A DNA stretch of 33,498 nt from Syntrophobacteria bacterium (GTDB lineage: Bacteria > Desulfobacterota > DSWW01). The translations under genes and the position numbers were made by a program. Position 1 is the stretch's first letter; every line of letters begins with the position of its first letter. Under the pieces are notes generated by a model. The model searched no databases. It had not been told where the DNA came from and saw only the letters and a list, made by a program, of their open reading frames with translations. The stretch covers positions 1-33,498 of the forward strand of contig JAQYVQ010000188.1 in the NCBI GenBank assembly GCA_030145435.1. The letters are read 5' to 3'. This document shows positions 16,184 to 24,995 of the stretch, piece by piece.

Positions 16184-16212
16184 TTGACACCCTTTGCGAT
16201 CATGGGTTATCT
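16184..16212 (+). promoter_or_regulatory. Putative sigma-70 promoter for the LolA-like gene (TTGACA-17-TTATCT)
   Basis: TTGACA at 16184-16189, a 17-nt spacer, then TTATCT at 16207-16212, about 95 nt upstream of the TTG start at 16310. This is a sequence match only. Confidence 0.35.
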
Positions 16213-16309
16213 GACACGAGGGAAACAGGGACAAACTCCGGGCCTTTCCACTCGGCTCCTGAGGGAGCGGCACGTATCGAATCGCTCCCACAACCGAAAG
16301 GGGTTCATC

Positions 16310-17107
16310 TTGAAAACGACTCGATTCGTTCTGATCGGAACACTGGCGGCCTGCGGCATCCTGCTTGCTATCCCTGCCTTTTCTGCGGGGCCCGAGTCGG
16401 AAACCCTGTCCGCGAAAGAAATCATTACAACGGCTCGCGACAAGCAGTTCCCAAAGAATTCGGTGAGTGATCTCACCATGGTCCTGATCAACAAGAGAGG
16501 AAACGAGCGGGTCCGCAAGCTGCAGACCAAGAGGAAGGATTACGGAGACGGAGAAGCAAAGAGCGTGGCCTACTTCCTTGCGCCTGCCGACGTGAAGGGG
16601 ACGGCCTTTCTGGTCTGGGAACACGCCGACAAAGCCAATGACGTCTTCATCTACCTGCCGGCCCTGAAAAAGATAAGAAGGATCGCGTCCGAACAGAAAC
16701 AACAGAGTTTCATGGGGAGCGACTTCTCTTATGCGGACATGGAAAGCGACGACGTGGACGATGCGGAGCATCGCATCCTTTCCGAAGAGGACCTGGATGG
16801 CCGTCCGTGTTGGGTGATCGAATCGATCCCCAAACCGGACAGTGATTCCGAATACGGCAAGCTGACTTCGTGGGTGGGCAAGGTGGAGTTCATTCCGTAC
16901 AAGGTGGCGTTCGACGACAAGAAGGGCAGACCTTACAAGATAATGAACGTCCTGCGCACAGGGCCCGTGGGCGAGGACATCCTGCCCCTCCATTTCTCGA
17001 TGGAAAACGTTCAGAAGAATCACAAGACAGAGCTCTCTCTCGAGAAGATCGAAATCGACCAGGAGATCTCGGACAAGGAATTCACCCACCGGGCGATTCA
17101 GCGCTAA
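16310..17107 (+). CDS. Outer-membrane lipoprotein-sorting (LolA-like) family protein, secreted
   Basis: The TTG at 16310 has an AAGGGG SD upstream and begins LKTTRFVLIGTLAACGILLAIPAFSA, a signal peptide. The core AYFLAPADVKGTAFLVWEH....DVFIYLPALKKIRRIAS......FMGSDFSYADM is typical of the LolA_like family. The upstream part of ORF 16055.. runs through the hexamer repeat and is rejected. Confidence 0.75.
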   Translation: MKTTRFVLIGTLAACGILLAIPAFSAGPESETLSAKEIITTARDKQFPKNSVSDLTMVLINKRGNERVRKLQTKRKDYGDGEAKSVAYFLAPADVKGTAFLVWEHADKANDVFIYLPALKKIRRIASEQKQQSFMGSDFSYADMESDDVDDAEHRILSEEDLDGRPCWVIESIPKPDSDSEYGKLTSWVGKVEFIPYKVAFDDKKGRPYKIMNVLRTGPVGEDILPLHFSMENVQKNHKTELSLEKIEIDQEISDKEFTHRAIQR

Positions 17108-17150
17108 GCGGCAGCCGACAAACGACCCTCCGGTGCTGTACCTTATGCTT

Positions 17151-17239
17151 GGCTGTTAGCTGTTAGCTCCCAACCCCTCCCCCAATCGAGACGCACCTAT
17201 AGAAGGGCGGGGTGGGCTAAAAGCTAAGAGCTAACAGCC
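17151..17239 (+). repeat. Mosaic palindromic intergenic element, copy E4
   Basis: Sequence reads GGC-TGTTAGC-TGTTAGC / TCCCAACCCCTCCCCC...GGGCGGGGTGG / GCTAAAA-GCTAAGA-GCTAACA-GCC. It lies between the LolA-like stop (17107) and the queE start (17289). Confidence 0.9.
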
Positions 17240-17288
17240 CAAAGCCATATTCAGGCACAAACGCCACTTCTGGAACAGGGATAGAACC

Positions 17289-17930
17289 ATGGCCCTGGTC
17301 GTGAACGAAACTTTCTTCAGTATCCAGGGGGAATCCTCTTTCGCCGGATTGCCCTGCTTCTTCGTCCGGCTGACGGGGTGTAACCTTCGGTGCTCTTACT
17401 GTGACACCCGGTATGCCTATGAGGAAGGGAAGAGTATGTCGGTGGAGAATATCCTCTCGGCCATGCCTCCCGATTACACCGGGCTCGTGGAAGTGACCGG
17501 AGGCGAACCCCTCCTGCAGGATGAATGCCCCACACTCGTCGATCGGCTGGTACGGGAGGGCCATACCGTCCTGGTCGAAACCAACGGAAGCCTGGACATT
17601 CGATCCCTCCCCGAAGGGTCCGTTTGCATACTGGACATCAAGTGCCCGGACAGCGGGATGAGTGATCGAATGAACCTCGATAACCTTCGCCATCTCCGAT
17701 CCCGGGACGAAGTCAAGTTCGTGGTGCAGAGCCGTGCGGATTATCTCTGGGCAGGACATCTCCTGCGACAGAGCCCGCCACGTTCGCCCGAGAAGGTCCT
17801 TTTCAGCCCTGCCCACGGTACCTGCGAACCGAGGGAATTGGCCGAATGGCTCCTCGCCGACAGGCTCGAGGCCCGCATCCAACTCCCCCTGCACCGTCTC
17901 CTCTGGCCCGGCGTTGAGAGGGCAAAATAG
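17289..17930 (+). CDS. queE: 7-carboxy-7-deazaguanine synthase (radical SAM)
   Basis: 213 aa. It contains FSIQGESSFAGLPCFFVRLTGCNLRCSYCDT (CX3CX2C) and VEVTGGEPLLQ, and its length is typical of QueE. Confidence 0.9.
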   Translation: MALVVNETFFSIQGESSFAGLPCFFVRLTGCNLRCSYCDTRYAYEEGKSMSVENILSAMPPDYTGLVEVTGGEPLLQDECPTLVDRLVREGHTVLVETNGSLDIRSLPEGSVCILDIKCPDSGMSDRMNLDNLRHLRSRDEVKFVVQSRADYLWAGHLLRQSPPRSPEKVLFSPAHGTCEPRELAEWLLADRLEARIQLPLHRLLWPGVERAK

Positions 17931-18105
17931 CCCATTTTTGCAGCGAATCTTCCCTGAATCTTCCCTCCCGACATATTCAACGAAATCATTAAGGTTCCCT
18001 CTCCTCTTTGCCGATACAATACGAAAAAGAGAGAAGGCCGAGCGGGGACCAGGGTGTTCCGCTCATCAGCTCCAACACGTCCGACAGGGTGTCTGAGTAG
18101 GGAAT

Positions 18106-18546
18106 ATGCCGAACCTCGCGCACAACCCGCAGGAAGGTCCCCTCGCCAAGAGGATTCCAAACATGGGCCTTCCCGAAAAGATGCGGTTGGCTCAAACAGG
18201 GGACAGGGAGGCCAGGTCGCTGCTCGCAAGGGAAAGGAATAAGCAGATCCTCTTTTGCATTCTGCAGAATCCACGGATTTCGGACCAGGAGATCCTGAAT
18301 TTTGCCAAGGAAAGAACCTTGCCGGAGGAGATATTGTCCCTTCTCAGCAAACGGAAGGACTGGATGAAGAGGTATCCGGTTCGGCTTGCTCTGGCGCAGA
18401 ACCCAAAAGTACCATTGGCCCTTTCACTGAGGCTGATTCGCAACTTCCGGGACTGCGACCTTCGGAAGCTTGCAAAGAGCAAGGATGTTTCTGTTCATGT
18501 GGCGTCTGGGGCGAGGAAGATCCTGATGGCCCGGGGGCTCTTGTAG
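18106..18546 (+). CDS. Small alpha-helical repeat protein (leucine-rich-repeat-variant/HEAT-like), in the position of mglB
   Basis: 146 aa with three LA/LQ-NP-x-x-P/S repeats (LAHNPQEGPL, ILQNPRISDQEIL, LAQNPKVPLAL). The gene ends 34 nt before the mglA-like start. An alternative ATG at 18163 has a better SD (AAGAGGA). It shows no resemblance to Roadblock/LC7 MglB. Confidence 0.6.
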   Translation: MPNLAHNPQEGPLAKRIPNMGLPEKMRLAQTGDREARSLLARERNKQILFCILQNPRISDQEILNFAKERTLPEEILSLLSKRKDWMKRYPVRLALAQNPKVPLALSLRLIRNFRDCDLRKLAKSKDVSVHVASGARKILMARGLL

Positions 18547-18580
18547 CCGCAATGGCAACCCAGGAGGCAATGTACAAGCC

Positions 18581-19939
18581 ATGGCTCTATTGAATCACTC
18601 CAAAAAAGAATTGAGCGCAAAGATCGTCTACTACGGGCCCGGACTGTCCGGGAAAACCACGAACCTCGAGTGGATTCACCGGAAGCTGGCTCCCGACAAG
18701 CGGGGCAAGCTGATCTCCCTCGAGACCAAGACGGACCGTACGCTCTTCTTCGATTTTCTGCCCGTCCAGATCGGGGAAATATCCGGGTTTCGAACCCGCT
18801 TCAATGTCTACACCGTCCCCGGCCAGATCTTCTACAACGAAACACGAAGGATGGTACTGAAGGGTGTTGACGGAATCGTCTTCGTTGCGGACTCCCAGAA
18901 AGAGATGGCCAACGAAAACCTGGAAAACCTGAAGAACCTGGCCGAGAACCTTCGCTCCATCGGAAAGGAGCTCGCCAAGGTTCCCTTGGTGATTCAATTC
19001 AACAAGAGGGACCTGGCGAACATCCTGTCCGTGGAAGAGATGAATCGCCTCCTGAACGCACCCGGTCTCCCCTTCTTCGAGGCTGTCGCCGTCAAGGGAG
19101 AGGGTGTCCTCACAACCCTGACCCGGATCACGCGGGTCGTGGCGGATCACCTGCAACAGACCCTGTTCGCTTCCTCGGGAACCGGCGCTCCGGCCGGCCG
19201 GCCCGATCCCGTTCCACCTCCGGGGACCAGGAACGAGCCTCCTCGTGCGATTTTCGAATCAACAACTCGGCCCTCCGAGTCCGACACCCCTGCATTCCTG
19301 AGCAAGCAGCCTCAGACTGCACCGCCAAGCGGGATTCCGGAGCCTCATGTTTTTTCTCAAGATAAAGTTGTAACTCCCTCTTTTGGTGAATCTTTTGGAG
19401 GGGACAATACACCGAATACCCCCCGACCAAGCCTTGCTTCCGTCGGTTCTCCGGCTGCGCAGCCTCTCCCCTCAGACGACATCCCGAGTCTGGGAGACTT
19501 CGGTGAGCCTCCTCAAACCAAGCCGGATCTGGACACGATTCCAACCCTGGCTTCCCTTGAGACCACTCCAACCAGAGAGGTTGGCTCTCCAAAGGATACC
19601 GTAGTCCCCATGGACAGGGCAGCCCCCAGGGACAGGGTAATCCCCATGGAGAGGCCATCCGCCGCCGAAATGGCATCCGACCAACCAGCGCCTGCACCCG
19701 CGACCCCAGAGGCCCCCACGGGATCCTACTGGGTGGATCCTTCGATCGTGTCGGTCGCGGCCGAAAAGGTTTCCGCCCCCGAGTCTCAGCAAGGCGTAGC
19801 GCTCAGGTTTGGGGAGCCTGAAAGAGAGAGCGGAAATCAGGTGAGAATTCCCGTTGCTCTCCGGCTGGAAGCCACCAATGAGCTCATCTCTTTTCAGATG
19901 GTCATCCGGGTCGAGCAGGAACCAGGCGGATCCTCCTGA
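18581..19939 (+). CDS. mglA: MglA-family Ras-like GTPase with a ~260-aa Pro/Ser/Thr-rich C-terminal extension
   Basis: The first ~190 aa align by eye almost throughout with Myxococcus MglA as I recall it: KIVYYGPGLSGKTTNL, TDRTLFFDFLP, YTVPGQIFY, GVDGIVFVADSQ, QFNKRD. A low-complexity P/S/T-rich tail follows, ending in a ~60-aa beta-like segment (VALRFGEP...ISFQMVIRVEQ). Confidence 0.85.
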   Translation: MALLNHSKKELSAKIVYYGPGLSGKTTNLEWIHRKLAPDKRGKLISLETKTDRTLFFDFLPVQIGEISGFRTRFNVYTVPGQIFYNETRRMVLKGVDGIVFVADSQKEMANENLENLKNLAENLRSIGKELAKVPLVIQFNKRDLANILSVEEMNRLLNAPGLPFFEAVAVKGEGVLTTLTRITRVVADHLQQTLFASSGTGAPAGRPDPVPPPGTRNEPPRAIFESTTRPSESDTPAFLSKQPQTAPPSGIPEPHVFSQDKVVTPSFGESFGGDNTPNTPRPSLASVGSPAAQPLPSDDIPSLGDFGEPPQTKPDLDTIPTLASLETTPTREVGSPKDTVVPMDRAAPRDRVIPMERPSAAEMASDQPAPAPATPEAPTGSYWVDPSIVSVAAEKVSAPESQQGVALRFGEPERESGNQVRIPVALRLEATNELISFQMVIRVEQEPGGSS

Positions 19940-20147
19940 GACAAAAAGATTAGGGTTCGGGGATCAGGGGTCAGACCCACTCCCCCCCCCCCTTTTAACC
20001 GCGCACGGCACTGTACCCACTAACCACTTCCCACCATACAATCGACTGTTCCCTATTTTTTTCCCCAAGCAGCTGTCCCAATTATCCCTACGGAAGACCT
20101 CCTCAAAACGGAGCGGGAAGAGGGTGTCAGGAACCTTTTCTTCTCCT

Positions 20148-20245
20148 GGCCATTAGCGATTAGCTCCCCGCCCCCAACGGGATGCACACAAAATGGGGGT
20201 GGCGTGGGCTGATAGCTGATAGCCAAAAGCCGGGCACGGGCACGG
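20148..20245 (+). repeat. Mosaic palindromic intergenic element, copy E5, with a flanking GGGCAC module
   Basis: Sequence reads GGC-CATTAGC-GATTAGC / TCCCCGCCCCCAAC...AAAATGGGGGTGGCGTGG / GCTGATA-GCTGATA-GCC over 20148-20224, then AAAAGCC-GGGCAC-GGGCAC-GG to 20245. It lies between the convergent mglA-like (stop 19939) and CPBP (stop 20272) genes. Confidence 0.9.
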
Positions 20246-20271
20246 ATGGCGGGAGGACATCTGGGAATAGC

Positions 20272-20925
20272 TCAATGCAGCAACAGTACGGTCGCATTGC
20301 AGAGCGCATGGAAGGCCGTCGATGCCGCGACACTCCCCGTGCGATCCCTTAACCACCCGAACAAGAGCCCGGGGAAGAAGGTGGCCAGGGCTTCCGGGCG
20401 CAGGGATATGATGTAGTGGCCCAGGGCGAACAGGAGGGCTGTATACAACCAGCCGAAGCCCACCTTCGCGTAGAGGAGGTTCACGGTCCGGGGAAAGGCC
20501 CGGTTGAGACGTGACTGCACGTACCCGCGATAGAACACCTCCTCAGGCAGGGCAACGCACAGCAGGTGATACAGCAGCAGTAACAGCCAATCCTGGGGGA
20601 AGTCGATCCGCACGGGCAGGTGGAACCACCACGACCGGTAGAACCAGTAAAGAAGGGCAAAGGCAGGAAGAAACAGGACGGAGAAGCCCAAAAACATGTT
20701 CAGGGAGAGGAAGAACCGCCGGAGCGTGATGCCCCATTCCTCCGGACTCGTTCGGGTCCGGAAAAGGAGGAACAGCGGTACATACAGGAAGAGTGCCGCC
20801 GCCCAGACAGGCAGGGTCTGAGAGATGAACGGGACCGACCGGAAAGAATAGAGAATCTTGCAGATCCCGATGACGACTCCGAAGACAAGGGTGACCTCGA
20901 GCAATACTTTCACGGAATCGCGCAA
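20272..20925 (-). CDS. CPBP family intramembrane glutamic endopeptidase (CAAX protease/Abi-like)
   Basis: Polytopic membrane protein with the motifs EEVFYRGY, FALGHY and FHALCN. It has a TTG start at 20925, with an alternative GTG at 20913. Confidence 0.8.
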   Translation of the reverse strand: MRDSVKVLLEVTLVFGVVIGICKILYSFRSVPFISQTLPVWAAALFLYVPLFLLFRTRTSPEEWGITLRRFFLSLNMFLGFSVLFLPAFALLYWFYRSWWFHLPVRIDFPQDWLLLLLYHLLCVALPEEVFYRGYVQSRLNRAFPRTVNLLYAKVGFGWLYTALLFALGHYIISLRPEALATFFPGLLFGWLRDRTGSVAASTAFHALCNATVLLLH

Positions 20926-21036
20926 TGAGAGTCTTTCATTTGAACATCCACGCCTTTACGTGGATATCGGAAGAAGGTCATATTGGCAGGCCGGAGGCGG
21001 GGACCGACCCCTGAACCCTTGCGGCGCAAAGCCGCA

Positions 21037-22335
21037 TTAGGCATCCCTCTCTGTTGTCATCCTCTCGTAGCACGCCAGCACGGATTCGTATTCCATTTCC
21101 ATTGTGGCACCCGGCGCACAGGTCGAATCGCCCACCAGAAAGAGGCCCTCCACGTTCGGGACACGGTAGCCCGGTCTGTCTTTCCTGGTTTGATCCGACT
21201 GAATGGCAATGCTGTCCAGCATTCGAACCACATGGGAGCGCTTCCATTCGACCGCCATTTCCGCCCGCGGAAGGGCCTTCCGAAGGTTTTCTTCGATCTT
21301 CTTCTCCAGGGCCCTCACCACCTCCGGTTGTCGCACTTCTTCAGGGGAGCAAGGGCAGACGAACGTGGCGAGTTGTTTCCCCGCGGGGGCATGGCGATGA
21401 CACAGGTTCGACAAGAAGGTGCCATAGCTGGGTGGGTCCATGAAGAACCAGAGGCCCTTCTTGTGGAAGATGCGGTTCTTCAGGGCAAGGTCGACGATCA
21501 GTGCGGCGGAGGGTACCGCCTTCTCGCAGAGATTGACGAATTCTTTCGTCGTAGCCCCCTCGGGCAGGAGACTGACCAATTGCTGACAGGGCGCAGCGCA
21601 GACCACATGTGAGGCCTCCAGCGTCTCCCCCCCCACCCTGACACCCGTCACCTTGCCTTCCTTGATCTCGATCCTCTCGACCCTTGTCCGCCATCGGATT
21701 TCCCCGTGGTTCTCGATCTCCCGCTCGAGCCCTTCCAGAATCGGGATCCACCCCTCTCGCGGGTAAGCCAGGTAAGAGCGCAACCGGAAGGCCTTCTGGA
21801 AGCACCGCAAGGTCTCCCCCGCGGATATCTTCTCTGGGGCGGTACAGTGGGTCGATTCATAGGCAAGGACCTTCAAGTACTTCTGCAGGCTCCCGCGTAT
21901 ATTGTTGCGGACGAACCACTCCTCCAGGCTTTCCTCCTCCATATCCTCCAGCGTCTCTCCTTTCAGGCTACGGAGAAGCCTCAGGGCGAAAACCCAATCC
22001 CATTTGGAGAAGAAGTCAGCCCGAAGAATCCCGGGCTTTCCGATCGTAATCCGACGGACCTTCTGATCCGTATCGAGAACCCAGGCCTGGTTCAAGGGGA
22101 CGAGGAGCGGTTTCAAGCCGAGCTGCTTGCATATTCTGTAGAAAGGGCCCTTTTCTCCATAGCGGACCCGCGGAATCCCCGGCAGCGAGAGAAAGCCGTC
22201 CCGTTCCCAGGGTGCGGCTCTTCCCCCGGCGACCCTCTTCCTTTCCAGCATGAGAACCTTCCATCCCGCCCGGGCCAGCATGGCACCGAGGGTCATTCCA
22301 GGAAGGGTAGCGCCCAAAAGGATACAGTCATACAT
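21037..22335 (-). CDS. FAD/NAD(P)-dependent oxidoreductase (phytoene desaturase/CrtI-like family)
   Basis: 432 aa. The N-terminal dinucleotide-binding fold reads DCILLGATLPGMTLGAMLARAGWKVLMLERKRVAGGRA. The C-terminal GLFLVGDSTCPG-like motif reads GLFLVGDSTCAPGATME. Confidence 0.75.
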   Translation of the reverse strand: MYDCILLGATLPGMTLGAMLARAGWKVLMLERKRVAGGRAAPWERDGFLSLPGIPRVRYGEKGPFYRICKQLGLKPLLVPLNQAWVLDTDQKVRRITIGKPGILRADFFSKWDWVFALRLLRSLKGETLEDMEEESLEEWFVRNNIRGSLQKYLKVLAYESTHCTAPEKISAGETLRCFQKAFRLRSYLAYPREGWIPILEGLEREIENHGEIRWRTRVERIEIKEGKVTGVRVGGETLEASHVVCAAPCQQLVSLLPEGATTKEFVNLCEKAVPSAALIVDLALKNRIFHKKGLWFFMDPPSYGTFLSNLCHRHAPAGKQLATFVCPCSPEEVRQPEVVRALEKKIEENLRKALPRAEMAVEWKRSHVVRMLDSIAIQSDQTRKDRPGYRVPNVEGLFLVGDSTCAPGATMEMEYESVLACYERMTTERDA

Positions 22336-22348
22336 CGGAAAAGACCCC

Positions 22349-23710
22349 TCAAGCGGGCTCGAGACCCGGAGGATCGAAAGAATCCTCTATGCGGATGAAC
22401 AGGCTCTTATCGAGCGCCACCTCCAATCGATCGATCACGTCCAGGGCATGCCGCACATCACGCTCTCTCGCCTCGTGGGTGAGCATGATGATGTGCACGG
22501 GGCCTGCTTGCTGTCGCCCCTTCTGGATGACCGAATCTATGGAGATCCCGTGATCCCCCAGGATTCCCGAGATCTTCGAGAGAACCCCCGGCCGATCAAC
22601 GACGGGAAAGCGCATGTAGTATTTCGTGACGAGCTCCTCCATCGGTCGCAACCGCGCATCCTGGGGGAACTGGCCATAGAAACCCAGGGCAGGAATGTCG
22701 TGGGGCATGCCCGGGCGCATGTTCCGTGCCAGCGAGACGAGGTCGCTCACCACGGCGCTCCCGGTGGGCATCATGCCTGCCCCCTTCCCGTAGAACATGA
22801 CCGGCCCCGTTCCTCGTCCGGTGGCGTAGACTGCGTTGAAGGCATGGCCTACCGAGGCGAGAAGGTGCGATTCCGGGATCATGGTGGGATGCACGCGTGC
22901 CTCGAGTTCGCCGTCCAGGATCTTCGAAAGGGCCAACAGCTTGATCCGGTACCCCAATTCCCTCGCATAACGTATGTCCATGCCCGTCACGCGCTGTATT
23001 CCCTCCGTGAAGATATCCTCCGGGTGCACACTAACCCCGCAGGCCAACCCGATCAGAATCGCCAATTTGTGGGCCGTATCCTGCCCCTCGATATCGAGAC
23101 TCGGATCCGCCTCAGCATATCCCTTTTCTTGCGCCTCCTTCAGGCACTCGGGAAACTCCCTTCCCTGTTCCGTCATCGTGGAGAGGATGTAGTTCGCGGT
23201 GCCATTGATAATTCCGGCGATCGACAGAATCCGATCGGCGGCCAAACCCTCCCGCAAGCTTCGAACGATCGGAATGCCGCCCGCCACAGCGGCCTCGAAC
23301 CCGATCTGCACTCCCTTCGCCTCTGCGGCCTGGAACAGCTCCGTCCCGTGGGAGGCCAGCAATGCCTTGTTGGCCGTGACCACGTGCTTCCCCGCTGCAA
23401 TCGCATCGAGCACAAAGGACTTGGCCGGCTCGATCCCGCCCATCAGTTCGATCAGGACCCGGATCTCCGGGTCTTCGAGGATGTCTTCCACGCGGGTCGA
23501 GGTCTGGACCTTCTCCAGGGAGACCCCCCGATCCCGCTCGAGATCAAGGTCGGCGATTCGTTTCAGCCTTATCTGCCTTCCCGACCTTCTCTCCAGCCAG
23601 GCGGCTTCCTCCAGGAGAATCTTGGCCACTCCCGTTCCCACCGTACCGAATCCGGCCAGTCCTACCTGCAGCGCTTCCAAGGTCTCCCTCCTCCCAGTGG
23701 GGTGACTCAC
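22349..23710 (-). CDS. hom: Homoserine dehydrogenase
   Basis: It has the NAD-binding motif VGLAGFGTVGTGV, the catalytic region HVVTANKALLA and a C-terminal ACT domain (RFPVVDRPGVLSKISGILG). The ORF opens at a GTG at 23710. A TTG at 23680, preceded by GGGAGGAGGGAG, is a plausible true start. Confidence 0.9.
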   Translation of the reverse strand: MSHPTGRRETLEALQVGLAGFGTVGTGVAKILLEEAAWLERRSGRQIRLKRIADLDLERDRGVSLEKVQTSTRVEDILEDPEIRVLIELMGGIEPAKSFVLDAIAAGKHVVTANKALLASHGTELFQAAEAKGVQIGFEAAVAGGIPIVRSLREGLAADRILSIAGIINGTANYILSTMTEQGREFPECLKEAQEKGYAEADPSLDIEGQDTAHKLAILIGLACGVSVHPEDIFTEGIQRVTGMDIRYARELGYRIKLLALSKILDGELEARVHPTMIPESHLLASVGHAFNAVYATGRGTGPVMFYGKGAGMMPTGSAVVSDLVSLARNMRPGMPHDIPALGFYGQFPQDARLRPMEELVTKYYMRFPVVDRPGVLSKISGILGDHGISIDSVIQKGRQQAGPVHIIMLTHEARERDVRHALDVIDRLEVALDKSLFIRIEDSFDPPGLEPA

Positions 23711-23731
23711 AAGTTCTGTCGCAGAGGTCTT

Positions 23732-24937
23732 CTACAAGACCTGCCGTATGCCTCTGGCCGCCTGCTGGATCCTCTGCTCGTTCTCGACCAGAGCGAAGCG
23801 CACGTACCCCTCACCGAATTCCCCAAACCCGACGCCCGGCGAGACAGCCACCTTCGCCTCCTTGAGCAGGAGCTTGGTGAACTCCAGGGACCCCATTTTC
23901 TGAAAGGGCTCCGGGATCTTCGCCCAGACAAACATGGTCGCCTTCGGCTTCTCGATCTCCCATCCGGCCCGGCCCATCGCGTCGATCAATACGTCCCGTC
24001 TCTTCTGATACACATCCACGATGGATTGCACGCACTCCTGCGGGCCGTTCAAGGCAACGGTGGCGGCAATCTGGATCGGTTGAAAGATGCCGTAATCGAG
24101 ATAGCTCTTTATACGGGTCAGGGCCCCGATCATCTCCTTGTTGCCTACGACGAAGCCGATCCGCCAGCCCGGCATGTTGTAGCTCTTCGACATGGAGAAC
24201 ATCTCCACGCCCACGTCCCTGGCTTCCGGCACCTCGAACAGGCTGGGCGCCTGGTAGCCGTCGAAACAAAGATCCGAATAGGCAAAATCGTGGATGATCA
24301 GGATCTTGTTTTCCCTTGCGATGGAGACGATCTTCTCGAAGAAGCTCTTGTCCACCACGCGCGTCGTCGGGTTGTGGGGAAAGCTCAGGATCATCATGCT
24401 CGGACGCGGCCAGGTCCCCTTTATGGCCCGGGTAAGGTCCTCGAAGAAGTCCCGATCCGGGCTGATGGGAACACTGTGCACGTCCGCCCCGGCGATCATG
24501 ACCGAATACATGTGGATCGGGTAGGTCGGATTCGGAACGAGCACGATGTTTCCCGGCCCCAGGGTCGCCAGGGCAAGGTGAGCCAGCCCTTCCTTTGCGC
24601 CTATCGTCGCAATTGCCTCCGAATCCGGATCGAACTCCACCCCGTATCGCCTGCGGTACCAATCCACGATGGCCAGCCGAAGCTTGTAAATCCCTCTCGA
24701 GACGGAATACCGATGATTCCGCGGGTTCTGGATCGCCTCGGTGATCTTGTCCACGATGTGGGGAGGGGCCCCGTGATCCGGGTTCCCCATCCCGAGGTCG
24801 ATGATGTCCTCGCCGGCCCTCCGCGCCTCCATCTTCATCGCATCCACCGTACTGAACACGTAAGGAGGAAGCCTCTTCATCCTCGCAAACTCGAGGTCCA
24901 GCCCCTTCCGCTCCTCCTGCGTCTCGATAACCGACAC
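23732..24937 (-). CDS. Class I/II PLP-dependent aminotransferase (alanine/aspartate aminotransferase, AlaC-like)
   Basis: 401 aa. It contains DLGMGNPD, the NPTYP-type region VPNPTYPIH, and the PLP-lysine context [15 protein letters not shown]. It has a GTG start with AAGGAGGA 5 nt upstream. Confidence 0.9.
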   Translation of the reverse strand: MSVIETQEERKGLDLEFARMKRLPPYVFSTVDAMKMEARRAGEDIIDLGMGNPDHGAPPHIVDKITEAIQNPRNHRYSVSRGIYKLRLAIVDWYRRRYGVEFDPDSEAIATIGAKEGLAHLALATLGPGNIVLVPNPTYPIHMYSVMIAGADVHSVPISPDRDFFEDLTRAIKGTWPRPSMMILSFPHNPTTRVVDKSFFEKIVSIARENKILIIHDFAYSDLCFDGYQAPSLFEVPEARDVGVEMFSMSKSYNMPGWRIGFVVGNKEMIGALTRIKSYLDYGIFQPIQIAATVALNGPQECVQSIVDVYQKRRDVLIDAMGRAGWEIEKPKATMFVWAKIPEPFQKMGSLEFTKLLLKEAKVAVSPGVGFGEFGEGYVRFALVENEQRIQQAARGIRQVL

Positions 24938-24995
24938 GGTTTTCCTCCTTCTTAAGTTTTCATTCCTCCCCGAGGAGGCTGTCTTGGCAAGCCCC

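Noticed and set aside
16055-16309. Upstream extension of the LolA-like ORF (translating ...GHGHAHGHGHEKR...)
   Set aside because: The His/Gly run is the translation of the GGGCAC hexamer module. The signal peptide begins at the TTG at 16310, which has an SD-like AAGGGG upstream.
17151-17239. TTAGC...GCTAA arms resemble the outer bases of the CIRCE/HrcA operator (TTAGCACTC-N9-GAGTGCTAA)
   Set aside because: The inner ACTC/GAGT half-site bases and the 9-nt spacing are absent. The elements are not positioned at chaperone promoters, and the repeats are tandem heptamers. The similarity is limited to 5 nt.
22250-24955. 901-aa plus-strand ORF spanning 2.7 kb
   Set aside because: It is antisense to two genes with unmistakable family motifs: hom (GFGTVG, ACT domain) and the aminotransferase ([12 protein letters not shown]). 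Its translation is Arg/Pro/His/Gly-rich low complexity with no recognisable motif. It also runs straight through their intergenic spacer. Long stop-free antisense frames are expected at about 60% GC.
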